DNA of 64,000 nt from contig NW_027266297.1 of NCBI RefSeq assembly GCF_022045235.1, forward strand, positions 25,358,001 through 25,422,000. Reading direction: 5' to 3'. Shown piece after piece: positions 36,213 to 50,198 of this stretch. The notes beneath the pieces are model-generated. The model did no database searches, was not told the origin of the DNA, and saw nothing but the letters and a program-made list of their open reading frames with translations. The stretch comes from Haliotis cracherodii. Its lineage: Eukaryota. Positions within the stretch are counted from its first letter, which is position 1. Each line of letters starts with the position of its first letter. Position numbers and translations under genes: made by a program.

Positions 36213-38089
36213 AAAAATAAGCACTGTCTCATTGTCTGGAATGGACAGCGTGTAGTTTATTATAATTAGTGCACGATACATTAGTATGTGTCTGAATTAG
36301 ATACGGAAGGGGCATGGGCATATCAGTACAATATGCAGCGTTTGTCGATCCCCAATGGGGATTCCGGGTTTGAATAGGATTCTAGTATATTGGGTGGGCA
36401 GGATCGGTGAATTGGGTTTTATCGTGTCAGTGTACCCCGACTGCGTGGATCGTTATCAGAATATCAATCACAAGATTGTCTGGTCCAGACCCGATTATTT
36501 ACAGACCGCAATGAGAGGGCTGGAATACTGCTGAGTGTGGCGTTAAACAACAAACAAAACAAACAAACTTTGTATGGCGGACGAATGCACAGGAACTCAT
36601 GTGGCACTGTATGTGCAAGATGGACTCTCTTTTCAGTTGTGTAGAAGAGGGCATGCGGTATTTGTATGCGGAAGACGCACTGTTAAAAAGTACATCAGCA
36701 CCTCCCTCGACCTTTCTTTCGCACTAACTGTACACTTTGTAAAACATCATTGTTAAGATGTCAGTGACTGAAGCTTTTAAGGTTCAACCGCATCCGTCAC
36801 GATTTGTTTGATTTGTGTGGGGTTGAGGCTTGGGGGGTTAGTGAGGTTGTGGAAAATGTTTCGGGGTGTCATCCTTGTACTTATATTTAACCACTAGATA
36901 TTTTATGAACTAGAACTAGATACTAGTTTATAGAAATTATTCGTATTAGAAGGATACCCGTTACTGCTGATAATTAACTACATCGAGGGTACTTTCACAT
37001 GCAATTCATTCAACTGGTATTTTTAGAGTTTTTATGCGAAAGTTTATTCACCTTCTACCTCCTCTTTGAAGCAGTGCGTTTCCCGACGGTAGAGTGCATG
37101 CTTGACCCGGATTACCGAGCGACGTCAAGAACTTAGTATTGACACACGTAAACCATCTGGGTCGAGCACTTGAATAGACTAGGGCGGTGTGGAGAAGGTG
37201 TTGACTGTAGCCCCTTTCACTGACTACAAGCAACAGAGACCCTGAAACCACGTCTTCGTGCTGAGGCTCAAATCCGCATTGCCGCGCTGTGCACTATGCA
37301 TTAACACAATCACCTGGTTAATTACGTTCTTGAGAGGCTGAGGAGATTTATCTCCCTAACATAAACCGTAAGCATGCTTGTATCCCTTTGAAATCCCTTT
37401 TTGTGAAACATTGGGAAAAACAAGAGAGTGGTGTTTACAATTCGTGCATGGTGGATATATTTGTGGTGAACATGTTGGTCGAATGAAACAGGAAGATAAA
37501 CAATACTCTCTGTAGGTTTTCGTTAATAATGAGCCAGTAATCCCTCAACGTTTAAACAAAATAACCAGGACACACGTTGGTTGTTCTTTAACCTTGGTAT
37601 TATATTTTCCAAGCACAATGCTTCATATCGTGACCATCGTATTCTAATTCATTCCTTGAACGTTTTGAGAAACCATGATGCTCCATTTGACTTTAACGAG
37701 TCTCTGATTGGTGGTTTCACGTGTTGGGATTGCGGGACAGAATGTATTCCTAATTCCAATGCCTTTTGAAGTAGCCGACTAATGAGGGCTTTGTACACAT
37801 GACGTTTGTACAAATCAATCTTAGCAAAAAATATATCTATATTTTCGGTAAGCCAACGGCCCATTTTCGCATTTGATTACATGACCGGCAGTAAACAAAC
37901 ACCATAGTTATACAATGAAATTGTTAATTCAAGTCTTTGTTTCGTATGAAGGCCACTGGGGTGTATACGTGATCATTACATGAATATATACAGCATCCGT
38001 ACACATCGTGGTAAACCTGCGTTAATAACTGTCGACTCTTAACATAACTTTGCGACACGAATTTACAAAGTTTCTTAAGCACTGTTTCA

Positions 38090-38556
38090 CAATTTCCAGA
38101 TAATTTCCAGCATTTGAAACTTATTCAGGGCTGGATATTGACAATACATTTTGGGTAAGTAATATTCTATGAGGTCATTAAAACAGTTACAGATAAGGAC
38201 AAACTTATGTTCATCTGCTATACCAAGTTTACATGCAGGACATATGCGTGGTGATATCTCTATTCCTAACCATCTACCTTCATTTACCTTCAGTTTTAAC
38301 AATCCGGAGGGGCGGTCGGGTAGCCTAGTGGTTAAAGCGTTCGCTCGTCACGCCGAAGACCCGGGTTCGATTCCCGACATGGGTACACTGTGTGACGCCC
38401 ATTTCTGGTGTCCCCCGCCGTGATATTGCTGGAATATTGCTAAAAGCGGCGTAGTACCATACTCACTCACTTTAACAATCCGGCTCTGTGTCTCATAATC
38501 ATGTTACGGTGTTTCATGTCTGAGATTACAGATAGATATTTTTCAGGCTCTATTAG
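38090..38556 (-). mobile_element. Relic of a non-LTR retrotransposon ORF2 C-terminus (CCHC zinc-knuckle region), split by a SINE
   Basis: After removing 38308-38483 the - strand reads LIEPEKYLSVISDMKHRNMIMRHRAGLLKLKVNEGRWLGIEISPRICPACKLGIADEHKFVLICNCFNDLIEYYLPKMYCQYPALNKF, a typical LINE C-terminal pattern. Clade not determined. Confidence 0.75.
38308..38470 (+). mobile_element. Family C SINE
   Basis: Perfect 13-bp TSD TTTAACAATCCGG at 38295-38307 and 38471-38483. Confidence 0.9.
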
Positions 38557-38682
38557 AGGCTGTCAAAGATTTATGACAGTGTGCCCTGAGAAGTGTCATA
38601 GAAGCCTGCAAAGGTACATGGCCAGGTTTTCTATACATGTACTGTTGGGGCTGAGGTGTCATGGAGACGTTATTGTGTAAGG

Positions 38683-38966
38683 TGAGGTGTGTGTGTGGCT
38701 GCTTGTACTAGTCCGAACTGATGCCGATTTATAGTGCTAGCACACTGAGATACCATGCCGCAGTTTAACATGAAATACCCCACTCAGACACAGTATACTG
38801 ACTCCGAGCCGGCCAGTCCTTGTTTTAGCCCCTTAATGCCGAGCGCCAGACAGGGTAACAACAAGTACCATCTTTTAACGTATTTTGGTATGAAGCGGTC
38901 GGGGATCGAACTCCGGACCTTCCGCTCTCCGGGCGGCCGCTCTACCACTAGACCACGGAGGCGGTC
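38683..38966 (-). mobile_element. Family B SINE with deletion of the 3' stem-loop
   Basis: TSD TATTGTGTAAGG at 38671-38682 and 38967-38978. Confidence 0.86.
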
Positions 38967-40107
38967 TATTGTGTAAGGGAAGATATGTGTTTTCATGGAT
39001 GGGTTATAATGACAAGGTGGTGCTTGGGGCTTTTCAATTTCATTCGAGACAAATATATTACTCGAATTTGTTGAACTGTTATAGTTCGTCGAGAAATAGG
39101 TATATTACGTGACGCAAATGTATTTCAAACGAATATGTTAACAAACATGTTATCAGAGGTCAAGCGAATACCCGTTTTGAAGAATAAGTATCCATTTCGT
39201 ATCTATCCGTCATCCATTCTCCGCCCGAATCCTATCCATTCCTCCGAACCTCGAGTGAAAATGGTCGGACCCATACAGTCCAACTGCGTTTGAAAATTTC
39301 CGTGATTCTAACAACGGGATGCTATCTGCTTGTACTGCTGTACTGTTCTATACAGCAATCATGGTATGAATTGCACAGACATCCAATCATGCTGATCAGC
39401 GCAACATGTATCCGAGGTTAAGGGAAAGTGACTTCGTGTTCAAACCAGGTCCACGAGAGAAGAGACAAAGCCACTGTGAACAGACTCGGTTGCCCAAGTC
39501 GTGACTGTTGAATGGACTGGTAACCTAACGTGATATTCTAGCTAGCAATATTGATGACAATTAACTGATGAAACGTTCTAGGGTCGGATAGTCGTGAGGC
39601 AACAATGACAACATTCATGTCCGTGTAGTGATATCTTTGTAGCATTAATCCTCTCTCACAGTGAAACCCTAGTAATGCGGACCCCGTTGACCCGGACGTC
39701 GCTCTCGGGAGGAGTGCTGTCAAATATATCAACAATACAAAGACTCCGTACCTATTATTCGTTGTACAGTTAAGTCTCGTTAATCCGACACTCGTTAATC
39801 CGTCCATCGGCTTTATCCGACACTAATGATTGGAACCGATTAAATCAGTGCTATTTAGACCCGTTTATCCGACAGTCTTAATTTGCAACGAATTACCGAT
39901 ATCACTCATTAAACAGTCTTTGTATTTGGCAATATTGCAATACGGACCATAAACGACGTTTCGTTATAAATTTAAGAATCAACGAGAACTGTATAACTCA
40001 CAATCACAATGAATGGGAAGGTTCTCAATCTAATGTAACAACATAAAAATATTTAAAACACGTTTCATTCTATTGAAATAATTGTTCGTGTTAAAAACGA
40101 TTATTAT

Positions 40108-40109
<2 letters not shown>

Positions 40110-40138
<29 letters not shown>

Positions 40139-40139
40139 G
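40110..40139. repeat. poly-G run (30 nt)
   Basis: Homopolymer; similar runs at 49975-49995 (G) and 1167-1185 (C). Confidence 0.95.
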
Positions 40140-40846
40140 CGTGTTCGTGCGTGTGTGCGTGCTTGCGTGCGTGCGTGTGTGTTCAAGCAGCAGGTGTCAA
40201 TGCCCTCGTAACTCACAAACCGTAGAAAAAATATCGTTCAAGATATTTTTGCACACAGTTTTGGCAAAGTACCAAACCATACGATTAAATAAACATTGTA
40301 TCTGATAAATTACACTTGTAATGATTTACTTCCTAGTTTCTGATTCCTAGAATGCACTTGAGTGTATGCACAAATAGATATATGCTGTCGGAACTGCAAC
40401 AATGTCATGCTAGTTTGTTGAACAATCGTTGGCATTCCGAGTGGGTGATCGCCGAGAAGACAAATCTGAAAGGACGGAGATAAGGGGTAATCTTTGGCGA
40501 GAGGAACCCTCACTGGTTTTACCTTTGTTTCAAAACTAACAAATAATCACCAATGCCATGAAATACATGCTTTACTGCATATACGTCAAGGGTGAAAATT
40601 CAAATAAAACATTATGTAAACTTTGTTAAGAATAGAGGCTGTTAAACCAAAAGAAAACAAATACGCTACTGTTCACGTACAACTTTGTGGAATCACATTT
40701 TTACTAATTAACATACAACAATAGTAAAATCAAAGCTTCTCCTTACAGAGGTTTTGACAAAAAAAAGATGACTACTAAATATTGGTCCACTCTCTCTTTG
40801 TTTCCACGAGCATGTTGAAGAAAACGCCAATTCATTGACAATGCCA

Positions 40847-41040
40847 TGCCATGCTTGTCCTAAGAGGCGACAAACGAGATCGGGTGGTCAGGCTCGCTGA
40901 CTTGGTTGATACATGTTATCGTATGCCAATGCGTAGGTCGATGCTCATGATGTCAATCACTAGTTTGTCTGATTTAGATTCGAGTATTTAGCCCGCCGTC
41001 ATATAGAGGGAATGTGGCTAGTGCGGCGTAAAACAACTAG
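40847..41040 (+). mobile_element. Family A SINE, 5'-eroded
   Basis: CCATGCTTGTCCTAAGAGGCGAC through to the 3' stem-loop. Confidence 0.75.
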
Positions 41041-42793
41041 CAATCACAATAACCAAATACAATGCCACGTCTTTATGATGGGTAGCCATAACAACATGAT
41101 GAGAGCACTTAGCCACGAATAATATGTTCCATGCAAGTATTATGCCATAAGTCTATGCGCGTAAGGTCGGTACAAAGTTTAAGTGGAGAACTATTTGATG
41201 AATACGTATAATAAACGTCAACATACTGATTTAACAACATATGGGGTAATGACGATATCTTTAATTATCATTGTGAGCTGTTAGCGTGAACCTTGTTTTT
41301 GCACTGAATTTGACCGGTCTTAGTACTTCCGTCGACCCTATAAACACGACGGCACTGTACATCACAATGATGGGTAAACTGTGACAATGCACTCTCTACC
41401 TTAAGGGGGTGTTAAGTTTAATTGTGTATTAAGGCGTGGGTTTGTATCATTATGTAGTTAGTTGAGTACATATGATGAGTTGACACGTTTTGATTGAACC
41501 GAAAACTGGTTTGAACTTTTCATTTTACGCAATTACGTCACTTTGAACTTGTTACCTCCGTTATTATGTATCATGTCGGTTTCAGGTTTTGAAATGAATA
41601 CACACAATTACATAATTGGGACATGATGGTGTCTATACATGATATGTGACTCTCTCTATGACACGGGGCATAAGACATACAGGCATCGTGACATGACCGA
41701 CATTTCGTATTCATTCGGCCCCTTCCGTGACAGATCGAAAGGTTTCGGTTGTTTCACGGAAAGTGACGAGTGATTACGACTATGAACGAAATTAAGTGAG
41801 TCTTCGACGAAGTACGACTGCAGACGACAGCGATTAATTAGGGGATCGTTTATGGCGGAATGTGACGATCAATTATAGGAGTTTAACGGCACGTACACCA
41901 AGGTGTTGCAACGTAGTGTTGGAGTCCAAAGTGATGAAGGCCGGCACGTTTTTAAATTTGGTGAAACCCATGACATATGTATGGTGCGAGCAGACCATGG
42001 GTCGCCATGGGAACAACTGTAGTATTCGAACACACCATTGGCAGATCATAGGATAGCTAGGGATCGGTTCTCTGCGCAGTGAAGTGCGGCTCCCAGCGAG
42101 TCAAACATGGATGCTCCTTTATATAATCGTTTTGTAAGAAATACTAACGTCGCCTTAAACATTATTTCAGTTACACCACGGTGTGTCAGAACAAAGTGGA
42201 AGTTAAAGTGATGCATGTCTTAGACATTTACCCCTTTGGTTAAATTTTACGAGCACTGTGTTAACACATCAGAATCAAGGAAGAGCCTTGAGTTTAGACA
42301 AACGACCCACGTTAAAGGGAAGCAACTCTGCACAGCAATCTGCTAACGTCGCCGCCTCTAGGATGTTTCGGAAAAGACTAAGCATGTACGAGTATCGCGA
42401 AACACATCAGGCACGAAGGGAGCTAGACTGTGACACCGTATAGTGGTAGACCTAGTGGTAGAGCGTCTGCCCAGTCGGCGGTACGATCCCCGGCCGCGTC
42501 ATACCAAAAGACGTTAAGAGACGCTGATGTGTGCTATAATATTGAACGCGACGTGAGTCCACATTTCATCTCGTCACACCGTTATACTTCACGAGTGCAT
42601 TGATTTCTTTCGTTGAAATACGATCCTGAAGACGCAACCTTGGTACATACCGTTTGTGGTAGCAAACATTCCTGTTTTCCCTTCTCTGGAAAAGGGTAAT
42701 TGATACTTTTTTTTAGTTACAAAAACACGAAAAAAAAAATTAAATAAGAAATTCATATTACTCCGGTGAAGCCTGTTCTTGCTATAGTCCGAT

Positions 42794-43333
42794 CATCTTC
42801 CCGAGGCAAGTGAGTTAACTGACTATAAAAGTTTCCACCCTTGCTGAACTAGGCTGGTATTATGGAGTAACATTTTGGCTGGACTAACGAGTCTATGCAT
42901 AGTCCAATCAAAATCGCGCACTGAAATCGAAATCCGGTTCGTAAAGTGTCATGCAGATTTCGGTCGACTGCAGGATTTGCAAAACATGTGGACCGCTTAC
43001 TCGTTGTCACCAGATATTTTCTAAATCATTTCATGCTTTTAATCAAGGTGCTCACGTGATTTGATGCACTTCGCGATGTAAGAATCGTTTTATCACAATA
43101 TAGATCTTGATTACCAATCAGATCGTCTTGACTGGGCGCCACCGTTTTGTTTGAAACAAATGCGAGTGATACGAGAGGTTGAATCTGATTGGTCAATATG
43201 AGAGGCATAGAAAGGACATAACTCGTAATAGCCACTGGTGGCGCTACGATCGGGCCCAGGAATTCCAGCCTAGCTTGGCAAGGGTGGAAACTGGACTTTT
43301 AAAGTCAGTTAACTCTCTTGCCTCGGGAAGATG
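42794..43333. mobile_element. 9-bp-TSD MITE, complete, no nested insert
   Basis: TIR CATCTTCCCGAGGCAAG...CTTGCCTCGGGAAGATG; TSD TAGTCCGAT on both sides. Confidence 0.9.
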
Positions 43334-43805
43334 TAGTCCGATATGGTATAGCAAGTCTACCGCTAAATAATCTTTGGTATTCGTCTCTTATTACCTGTAA
43401 CAATTTCGTATCCTATTAGATTTAACGCCAGGGATTTACACGCCCCAGCCCATGTCATACTCAACGTTGAGGGCGTTTTATCAGATTCCAGACATTGGTT
43501 GCAGTGTTCAGCAAATGTGTCGGGGTAAATTCACCCTACATGACCTACTTGAGAGCGACGTATCTTTATGTCAACGTGGCCACGTTGTATCATAAAACCT
43601 CATCTTAAAATACTCGCTAGACGAGTTAACGGTTCACGGCTCATAAAATATTGCGTCAATTTTCCTTATTAAGTGTACTCTGCCATTGATAAGCCGAAAC
43701 CTAACTCCATTAAATCTGTGTACATGTTGTGACATTAACTGTTGGCATTTCGTTGCATATTTTGACAGATTACATTCTATACATATTTGCGTTCATGACA
43801 TTAAG

Positions 43806-44162
43806 GTGGGGGTGAGGTGAAATGGGTTTAACGTCGCGTCCAAGATTATTGCACTTATATAGCGACGTGCATGCACGTGTGTGTGTGTGGGTGGCTGCTT
43901 GTACGAGTCCGGACTGATGTCGATGTATAGCGCTAGCTCACTGAGATACCATGCCGCAGTTTAACATGAATACCCCACTCAGACATAGTATACTGACTCC
44001 GAGCCGACCAGTCCTTGTTTTATCCCCTTAATGCCGAACGCGAGACAGGGTAACAGCAAGTACCATCTTTTAGCGTCTTTCTGGTGTGACGCGGCCGGGG
44101 ATCGAACCCCAGACCTTCCGCTCTCCGGGTGGATGCTCTACCACTAGACCACGGAGGCGGTC
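43806..44162 (-). mobile_element. Family B (Meta-like) SINE
   Basis: TSD CATGACATTAAG at 43794-43805 and 44163-44174. Confidence 0.89.
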
Positions 44163-44279
44163 CATGACATTAAGTTTACACCCACGTATATCTAAATGGT
44201 ACGAGGGTTGTATGGACAACAGGGACCATGATTCAAAAAAGGTCATTCACATATTCTTTGTTTATTCAATGCTAAAGAG

Positions 44280-44440
44280 TAAGTGAGTGAGTGAGTAATG
44301 TTTTACCCCGCTTTTAGCAATATTCCAGCAATATCCTTGCGGGGGACACCAGAAATGGGCTTGTACCCATGTGTGGAATAGAACCCGGGTCTTCGGCGTG
44401 ACGAGCGAACGCTTTAACCACTAGGCTACCCGACCGTCCC
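44280..44440 (-). mobile_element. Family C SINE
   Basis: 14-bp TSD TCAATGCT(A/T)AAGAG. Confidence 0.87.
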
Positions 44441-44645
44441 TCAATGCTTAAGAGGCATGATGTTGTTGGCTAGACTTTCTCAAGAACTAACTTTTAAAAA
44501 TATTTTCAGCTAATTGAATTTGGTATGACCAGTGACAAATTACGTTATGTTCACACTGTATTAAATATAAACAGGTTTCGGACACGTTCTTGTTGAAACA
44601 GGAATAAAAGTAGACTATCTGTCCGATTTAGAATGAATACATAAA

Positions 44646-44865
44646 TGAGTGAATGAGTATAGGTCTACGCCGCTTTAAGCAATATTCCAGCAATGTTCCA
44701 GCATAATCCCAGCAATATTCCAGCAATATTCCAGCAATGTTCCAGCAATGTTCCTGCGGGGAACACCAGAAGTGGCCTTCACACATTGTACCTATGTGGG
44801 CAATCGAACCCGGGCCAACGGCGTGACGGTCAAAGGCTTTAACCACTAGGCTACCCCACTGCCCC
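44646..44865 (-). mobile_element. Family C SINE with an internal 11-bp tandem expansion
   Basis: (CCAGCAATATT)n at about 44679-44754; followed by a (GAAT)n run. Confidence 0.82.
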
Positions 44866-44934
44866 ATTGAATGAATGAATGAATGAATGAATGAATGTGA
44901 ACGTGTAACCTTTATGGAACTATAACATTTCGTC

Positions 44935-45126
44935 CATTGGGTACGCCAAAAACCTGTGATTGTGGGTTCGAATCCCGGTTCGCCCCGATTATGTTTCCAG
45001 GTTTGCTCGTGGGTTTCACGTCTAAGACCTGCGTCAATTCGGGCTTTCCTCCCACATTAAGCTTACACGCCGTGATATGACTGGAATACGGTTACAAGCG
45101 GCGTTAAACATACCTCACTCACTCAC
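44935..45126 (+). mobile_element. Family D SINE fragment
   Basis: B box, V-like core, stem-loop and (ACTC)n tail. Confidence 0.78.
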
Positions 45127-45855
45127 TAGTCGCAACAACTAAGAGGCACGGCAGTCTGTATGTTCCGGAAACAGCCATCCCTGCAATACACGGCCCTGCC
45201 TCAACACACAGTGTATGTGTTTACATGGTTCCCAAGGCCTGACACAACACACAGCGTCTGTTTCCAATGTAACGAAGAACAAATAACCAACTGACTCTGG
45301 CCTTTCTACTTCAGCTTAGCCGCGGGTCACTTTACCGAAAATCAATGAGTTATGTATCAAGGAATATTGTTGCCAGGATATACAATTGTCGGCCACAGTA
45401 CGTGCACGGACAGAGTGTGATGAGAAATTCTGTGTCCCTATCGCCCAGGCTCTATGATTCATACACACTTATAATGTTATACAGCCCACAATTAATGACC
45501 CGTGTGCCGCAGAGGGCCACATTAACGCCATTTAGTAATACAATAAACACTAGCTATGGGAAGAAAGTCGGGAAATAGGAACTCAGCCCAACCGATTAAG
45601 GTCACGTATGTTTGTAATTTATTAGTTATAATTAATTTGTGTTTCATTACAATGAAATTGATTTTTTTTCTTCTGTTATTTTAGTGATATTTTTTAATGA
45701 TCGAACGCTGGGGTTCTTGAGTGCAGGATTTATCATGTATTAAGATTAAGATTATCTAAGGTGGATGTTGAATGTCAAATGGAGTTTGACATACTGGCTT
45801 TGTAAGCTGCAGTAACTATCTATAACACTCTTTTATTCGTGAATTTAATGTACGA

Positions 45856-46120
45856 GGGGGTGTCGGTGGCCCAGTCGTCTAAGGCGCCGCAATTCGCTGT
45901 GCAGAGTTGCTTTCCACGGGTAAGCCAGAAACATGTGATCGTGGGTTCGAATCCTGGTTAACCTCGATTATGTTTCTTGGTTTGTCAGCATCATCAGTCA
46001 TCTCGTAGGTTTCACCAAAGTGGCAAACGTCTAACACCTGCATCACTTAATCTTTCCTCCCACATCAAGCTGTGACGCCGAGGTATGGATTGTTCATAGC
46101 GGTGTTCAACCCAACTCACG
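45856..46120 (+). mobile_element. Family D SINE, diverged full length
   Basis: GGTGGCCCAGTCGTCTAAGGCGCC head through to the CCCAACTCAC tail. Confidence 0.8.
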
Positions 46121-46336
46121 CCCTCAAAGGTCAGACGTGATAATTCCGGGACAGAACATGTCCCCCGTACATGAATTACATAGGAAGTGACTAACTTTAG
46201 GATGGGAGGTGATGACGTGTGATTGTTTGCTCATGTTATCAATCACTAGATTTCCTGGTTCTGATTTATTATGACAGTGCTGAGAAGTTGACAACTCAAT
46301 ACACATTCGTGTATTCCAAATTCACATTTACCGGCA

Positions 46337-46580
46337 ACCCGTGAAGAGTCAACCCGATAAGTCTTCAGCAACCCATGCTGGCCGTAAAAGGCGACTAACG
46401 GGATCGGGTGGTCAGTCTCGCTGACTTATTTGATGCATGTCATCGTATCCTAATTGCAACGACCAATTCTCATGATATCAATCACTTGATTGCTGGTCCA
46501 GACTCAATTTTTTTAACAGACCGCCGTCATATAGCTGGAATAGTGTTGAGTGGGGACTTAAAAACAAACAAACAAACAAC
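46337..46580 (+). mobile_element. Family A SINE
   Basis: ACCCGTGAAG head through to the (CAAA)n tail. Confidence 0.8.
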
Positions 46581-47699
46581 ATTTATCAGTATTACCATTT
46601 AAATCCTCTTGCAATGTGTAAAAGTACATTTCCGTAACAACACCCCGTCCGTTGTCAACATACCATGTTCCTCATTACAGAATAACAAGTAACCAATGTG
46701 TTGATAGTTACAACGAGGTAAGAACTACACCTCACAAATTGGCCCACCATAATTCCCGCAGTAATGGGAATGTCCTAATCACATCAAGGTGTTCCACCAG
46801 GCATAACAGTCTACCACGCCCACCCAGGCCCCGAGGGGGCGGATAACAGCTCCCGGGGGGAGGTAACGAGGCACCCTCATAGTCGACGTACATACACCGT
46901 CCCAACCCCCCGCATGATAACCGACAACGTGATCGCCAGAATACACTTTAAGTAACCGCTGAAGTTATTGCCGATAGATAAATCCCAAATGTCATCCAAT
47001 GTGGGCTTGATATTTTGGGCTAGGTGTTGGAAAGGTTACGAGGGCTCTGGAACATCAAGAAAGCTGCGCGCCATGCTAGGAAAACTTACAATGTTAACAA
47101 GTAGCCGCGCTTACCCACAACGTTTGTTTGTCTTAAGATGTTTTCGGGTTTTCCTAAAACTGGCAAATGTTTGACGAATGCGGCACTAGGCCACTGAATG
47201 GTATCCAGACGTCCACTTTGAATAGCGCCGATGTAGGAAGTAGCGTTTTCCGTACGTCAGAATCCGAATTTTTTATGTAATGTGTGTACAAACTTGGCTT
47301 TTTATTGCATTCACGGGATGTGAAACGTTGAATTGATTTACGTGTCCGCAGTTGAATTTATGTTGAGAATTTTGTGATGTGTATATTGGCTGAAAGGTGT
47401 GTGACTGCTTGTGTACATTATTCAGATTACATATGAGAAATGTGTAAGCAAATTCTGATTTTGTTATATTTGTTATATTTTTGTTATATTTACATATTTG
47501 ATTATCGTGTACTTGAGGAATGAAATGTAGGTTTGATTGCCGGTCTTAGAATTAATTCAGCAATACTTTTAAGAGACAGTAAGAACTGTGTTAGGGAATC
47601 GAACCTGGGTCTTCTGTGCGGCGAGCGAACCCTTTAACCACTGAGCGATCCCGACAAGTATAAAGTATCAGCACATAGCATTACCTTATGTGTTCAATG

Positions 47700-48125
47700 A
47701 AAAGACACGATTAAAACCTCGAAACACACCAATACAGTCCAAATACACACGAATACAGTCCAAATACACACAGATACAGTCCAAATACACACGGATACAA
47801 ATGAAACAGAAAACTATCAATAAAGAAACATCAATAAAACAAGGTACATTAATACAATCAAAACACACACGACTACAATATCAAAACACACATTAACGCA
47901 ATCAAAACATACGAATATAATATCATACCACACATTAATACAATCAAAACACACGAATACAATACCAAAACACACATTAATACCATCAAAAGACACGAAT
48001 ACTATTATATCAAACCACACATTTATACAATCAAACCATACACGAATACAATCTGTAAACACACATGAATACAGCCAAAATACACACGAAAAAACACAAT
48101 ATAAAAACATACATCATGAATACAA
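47700..48125. repeat. Degenerate 21-bp A/C-rich minisatellite
   Basis: AATACAGTCCAAATACACACG-type units; this explains the repetitive IQSKYTR ORFs. Confidence 0.8.
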
Positions 48126-48182
48126 TCCCCGAAAGGCCATATGAAATTACGCGTGGGCAATCAGCGGCAAAGAAAACAATTA

Positions 48183-48527
48183 CCGTATTCGACGTAATAA
48201 GCGCCCCGCTCTAATATGCGCCCACGGCGGTATTTGCTAATATATTGGCTAGTGAACAATCCCAATTAGCACCCCTTCCGATTGATCAATGTTCACAAGA
48301 CTTATTTAATCGCATACAATACGCACTCGTGTGTTATATGGACCCTTAATTATGGGCAATTAAATTCTAGAAAAATATATGTGTCGTACATAAACATTTC
48401 AGGCTGTCAGCATAAACCACGAAATTTATCTTTCAACTGTTTTTTTCCTCACCAAAATAATATTCTAATAAGAGCCCCCTATTTCTAATTTTGAGAGCGC
48501 CCTAGGCGCATATTACGTCGACTACGG
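48183..48527. mobile_element. Tc1/mariner (pogo/Tigger-like) MITE
   Basis: TA|CCGTATTCGACGTAATA ... TATTACGTCGACTACGG|TA; second copy at about 18565-18862. Confidence 0.82.
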
Positions 48528-48982
48528 TAGTCGATAATCATTCCCAGACTACAGAGGAAGGCTGAAATTTTGGGGATGTCGCTGTCATGTAAGAAGCCAG
48601 TGTACCACTGTAATAGTTTGAAATAATCGCAAATATGTTACCTATTTTTGCCTGAATTATGTTCTTGTGTGTAACGCCTATATATATTCCAGTGACGGAC
48701 GAAGGTTTGGGACTTAGTCATTATCGACACGGTGCTACGTGTACGAGGTCATTAGACGGAAAGGCCAGATTGTATCAACTTTTACATTTTCCTGCTGTGA
48801 AATGCCAATGAATTCATTTTCGCACGTACTTCCTTGTCTGGGACCACACGCGGGTAATTTTTTACTTGTCAGTGCCAGAAGAAAGTGTAAAAATGCTACG
48901 ACTGTATTGCATAATTTATTCACATTTTTAAGTAGATGCAGTGATTTTGGTCTGAATACCTTCTTTTTTGTATGCACTCATA

Positions 48983-49120
48983 GAGGCGGCGTGAAGCTTG
49001 GTGGTTAGAGCATTCTCTCGTCACGCCGAAGGTCCGGGTTCGATACCCACATGGGTGCAATGCGTGAAGCCCATTTCTGGTGTCCCCCACGTCATATTAC
49101 TGGAATGTTGCTGAAAGATG
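48983..49120 (+). mobile_element. Degenerate family C SINE
   Basis: TCGTCACGCCGAAGGTCCGGGTTCGAT...GAAGCCCATTTCTGGTGTCCCCC. Confidence 0.75.
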
Positions 49121-50119
49121 CATTCAAGAATGTGTTAGTTGCCGAAAGCGTGGTGGCCGGAGTCAAATCCGCACGAGTAAGTCATGCTATTCCCCAACTC
49201 AACATTGACGTGGATACACAAACGAGCTCGTCCTTAAGTTTCCGTTTCCAGATAACATTTTTTCAGCCAGGACAAGGGATTAAGCGGTCCGTGTGATATT
49301 TTAAACATTTGTAAAAAAAATGGGCGCTTCTACGGAAACAATTTAAAACCCTGCCGATAGCTTGAGTGAATTGGTTTCCAGAGTCAAATTATCTTGACAA
49401 CGTTGAACACATACTGGGCTATTGTGGTGGGTTTGTATGTGTTATACTTTCATCTTTGGGCATAATGTACATAGGTGTTTGTGGATGTATAATATCAATG
49501 TATATTATATTGTCAAACAGCCTAATCTTTGTGCAGTTGCTAGCATAAATGACTTGGTCGTCTTGACTGATTCGGTTGGGTGCAATATGTAGAGACCGAT
49601 CTAACCTAATAGTATTTGAATATTCAAGAAAGCAACGTAAATCAATACTCACTCACTCAGTCAAACCTCATTTGCCTGTATGCCCTTTTCCATCCCCACT
49701 CTAAATCGTTTACTAGTAATTCGGTCACCTCTTTAACTCGACAATATCCAGTTCGAGTTGTAATCGCATCAGGATTTATACATGTGTTAATTCGTGAAAC
49801 AGGAGACTCGTCGTCTACAATATTAGACAGGGTAGAGTGGTGAGTCAACAGGCAGTGTCTACAGTTTCAGAGGTTAAGAAGATTCGACGCATTGTCTTCA
49901 CCTATATGTCCCCGCAATGAAATCATATCGCCTCACAATTATCATAGCAATAATGATGATACATTGATTCCTAAGGGGGGGGGGGGGGGGGGGGGAGAGG
50001 CTTGAATCACAGCAAGTGAGGTGGGGGATATGACTGATTGAAGAGTTATTTCCCTTAAGCCGGCTGTATTTACTGTCAGTTCACGTCAACTGTATAGCCT
50101 CATAGCTCAACACAATGAC

Positions 50120-50123
<4 letters not shown>

Positions 50124-50194
<71 letters not shown>
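50124..50194. repeat. (GA)n microsatellite
   Basis: Perfect run. Confidence 0.97.

Positions 50195-50198
<4 letters not shown>

Noticed and set aside
40110-40139. poly-G runs as functional G-quadruplexes or poly-Gly coding sequence
   Set aside because: Simple intronic homopolymers of uncertain assembled length with no evidence of function.
47686-48110. Repetitive ORFs (IQSKYTR)n and (CIRVYLD)n
   Set aside because: In-frame reading of a 21-bp minisatellite with no splice or homology support.
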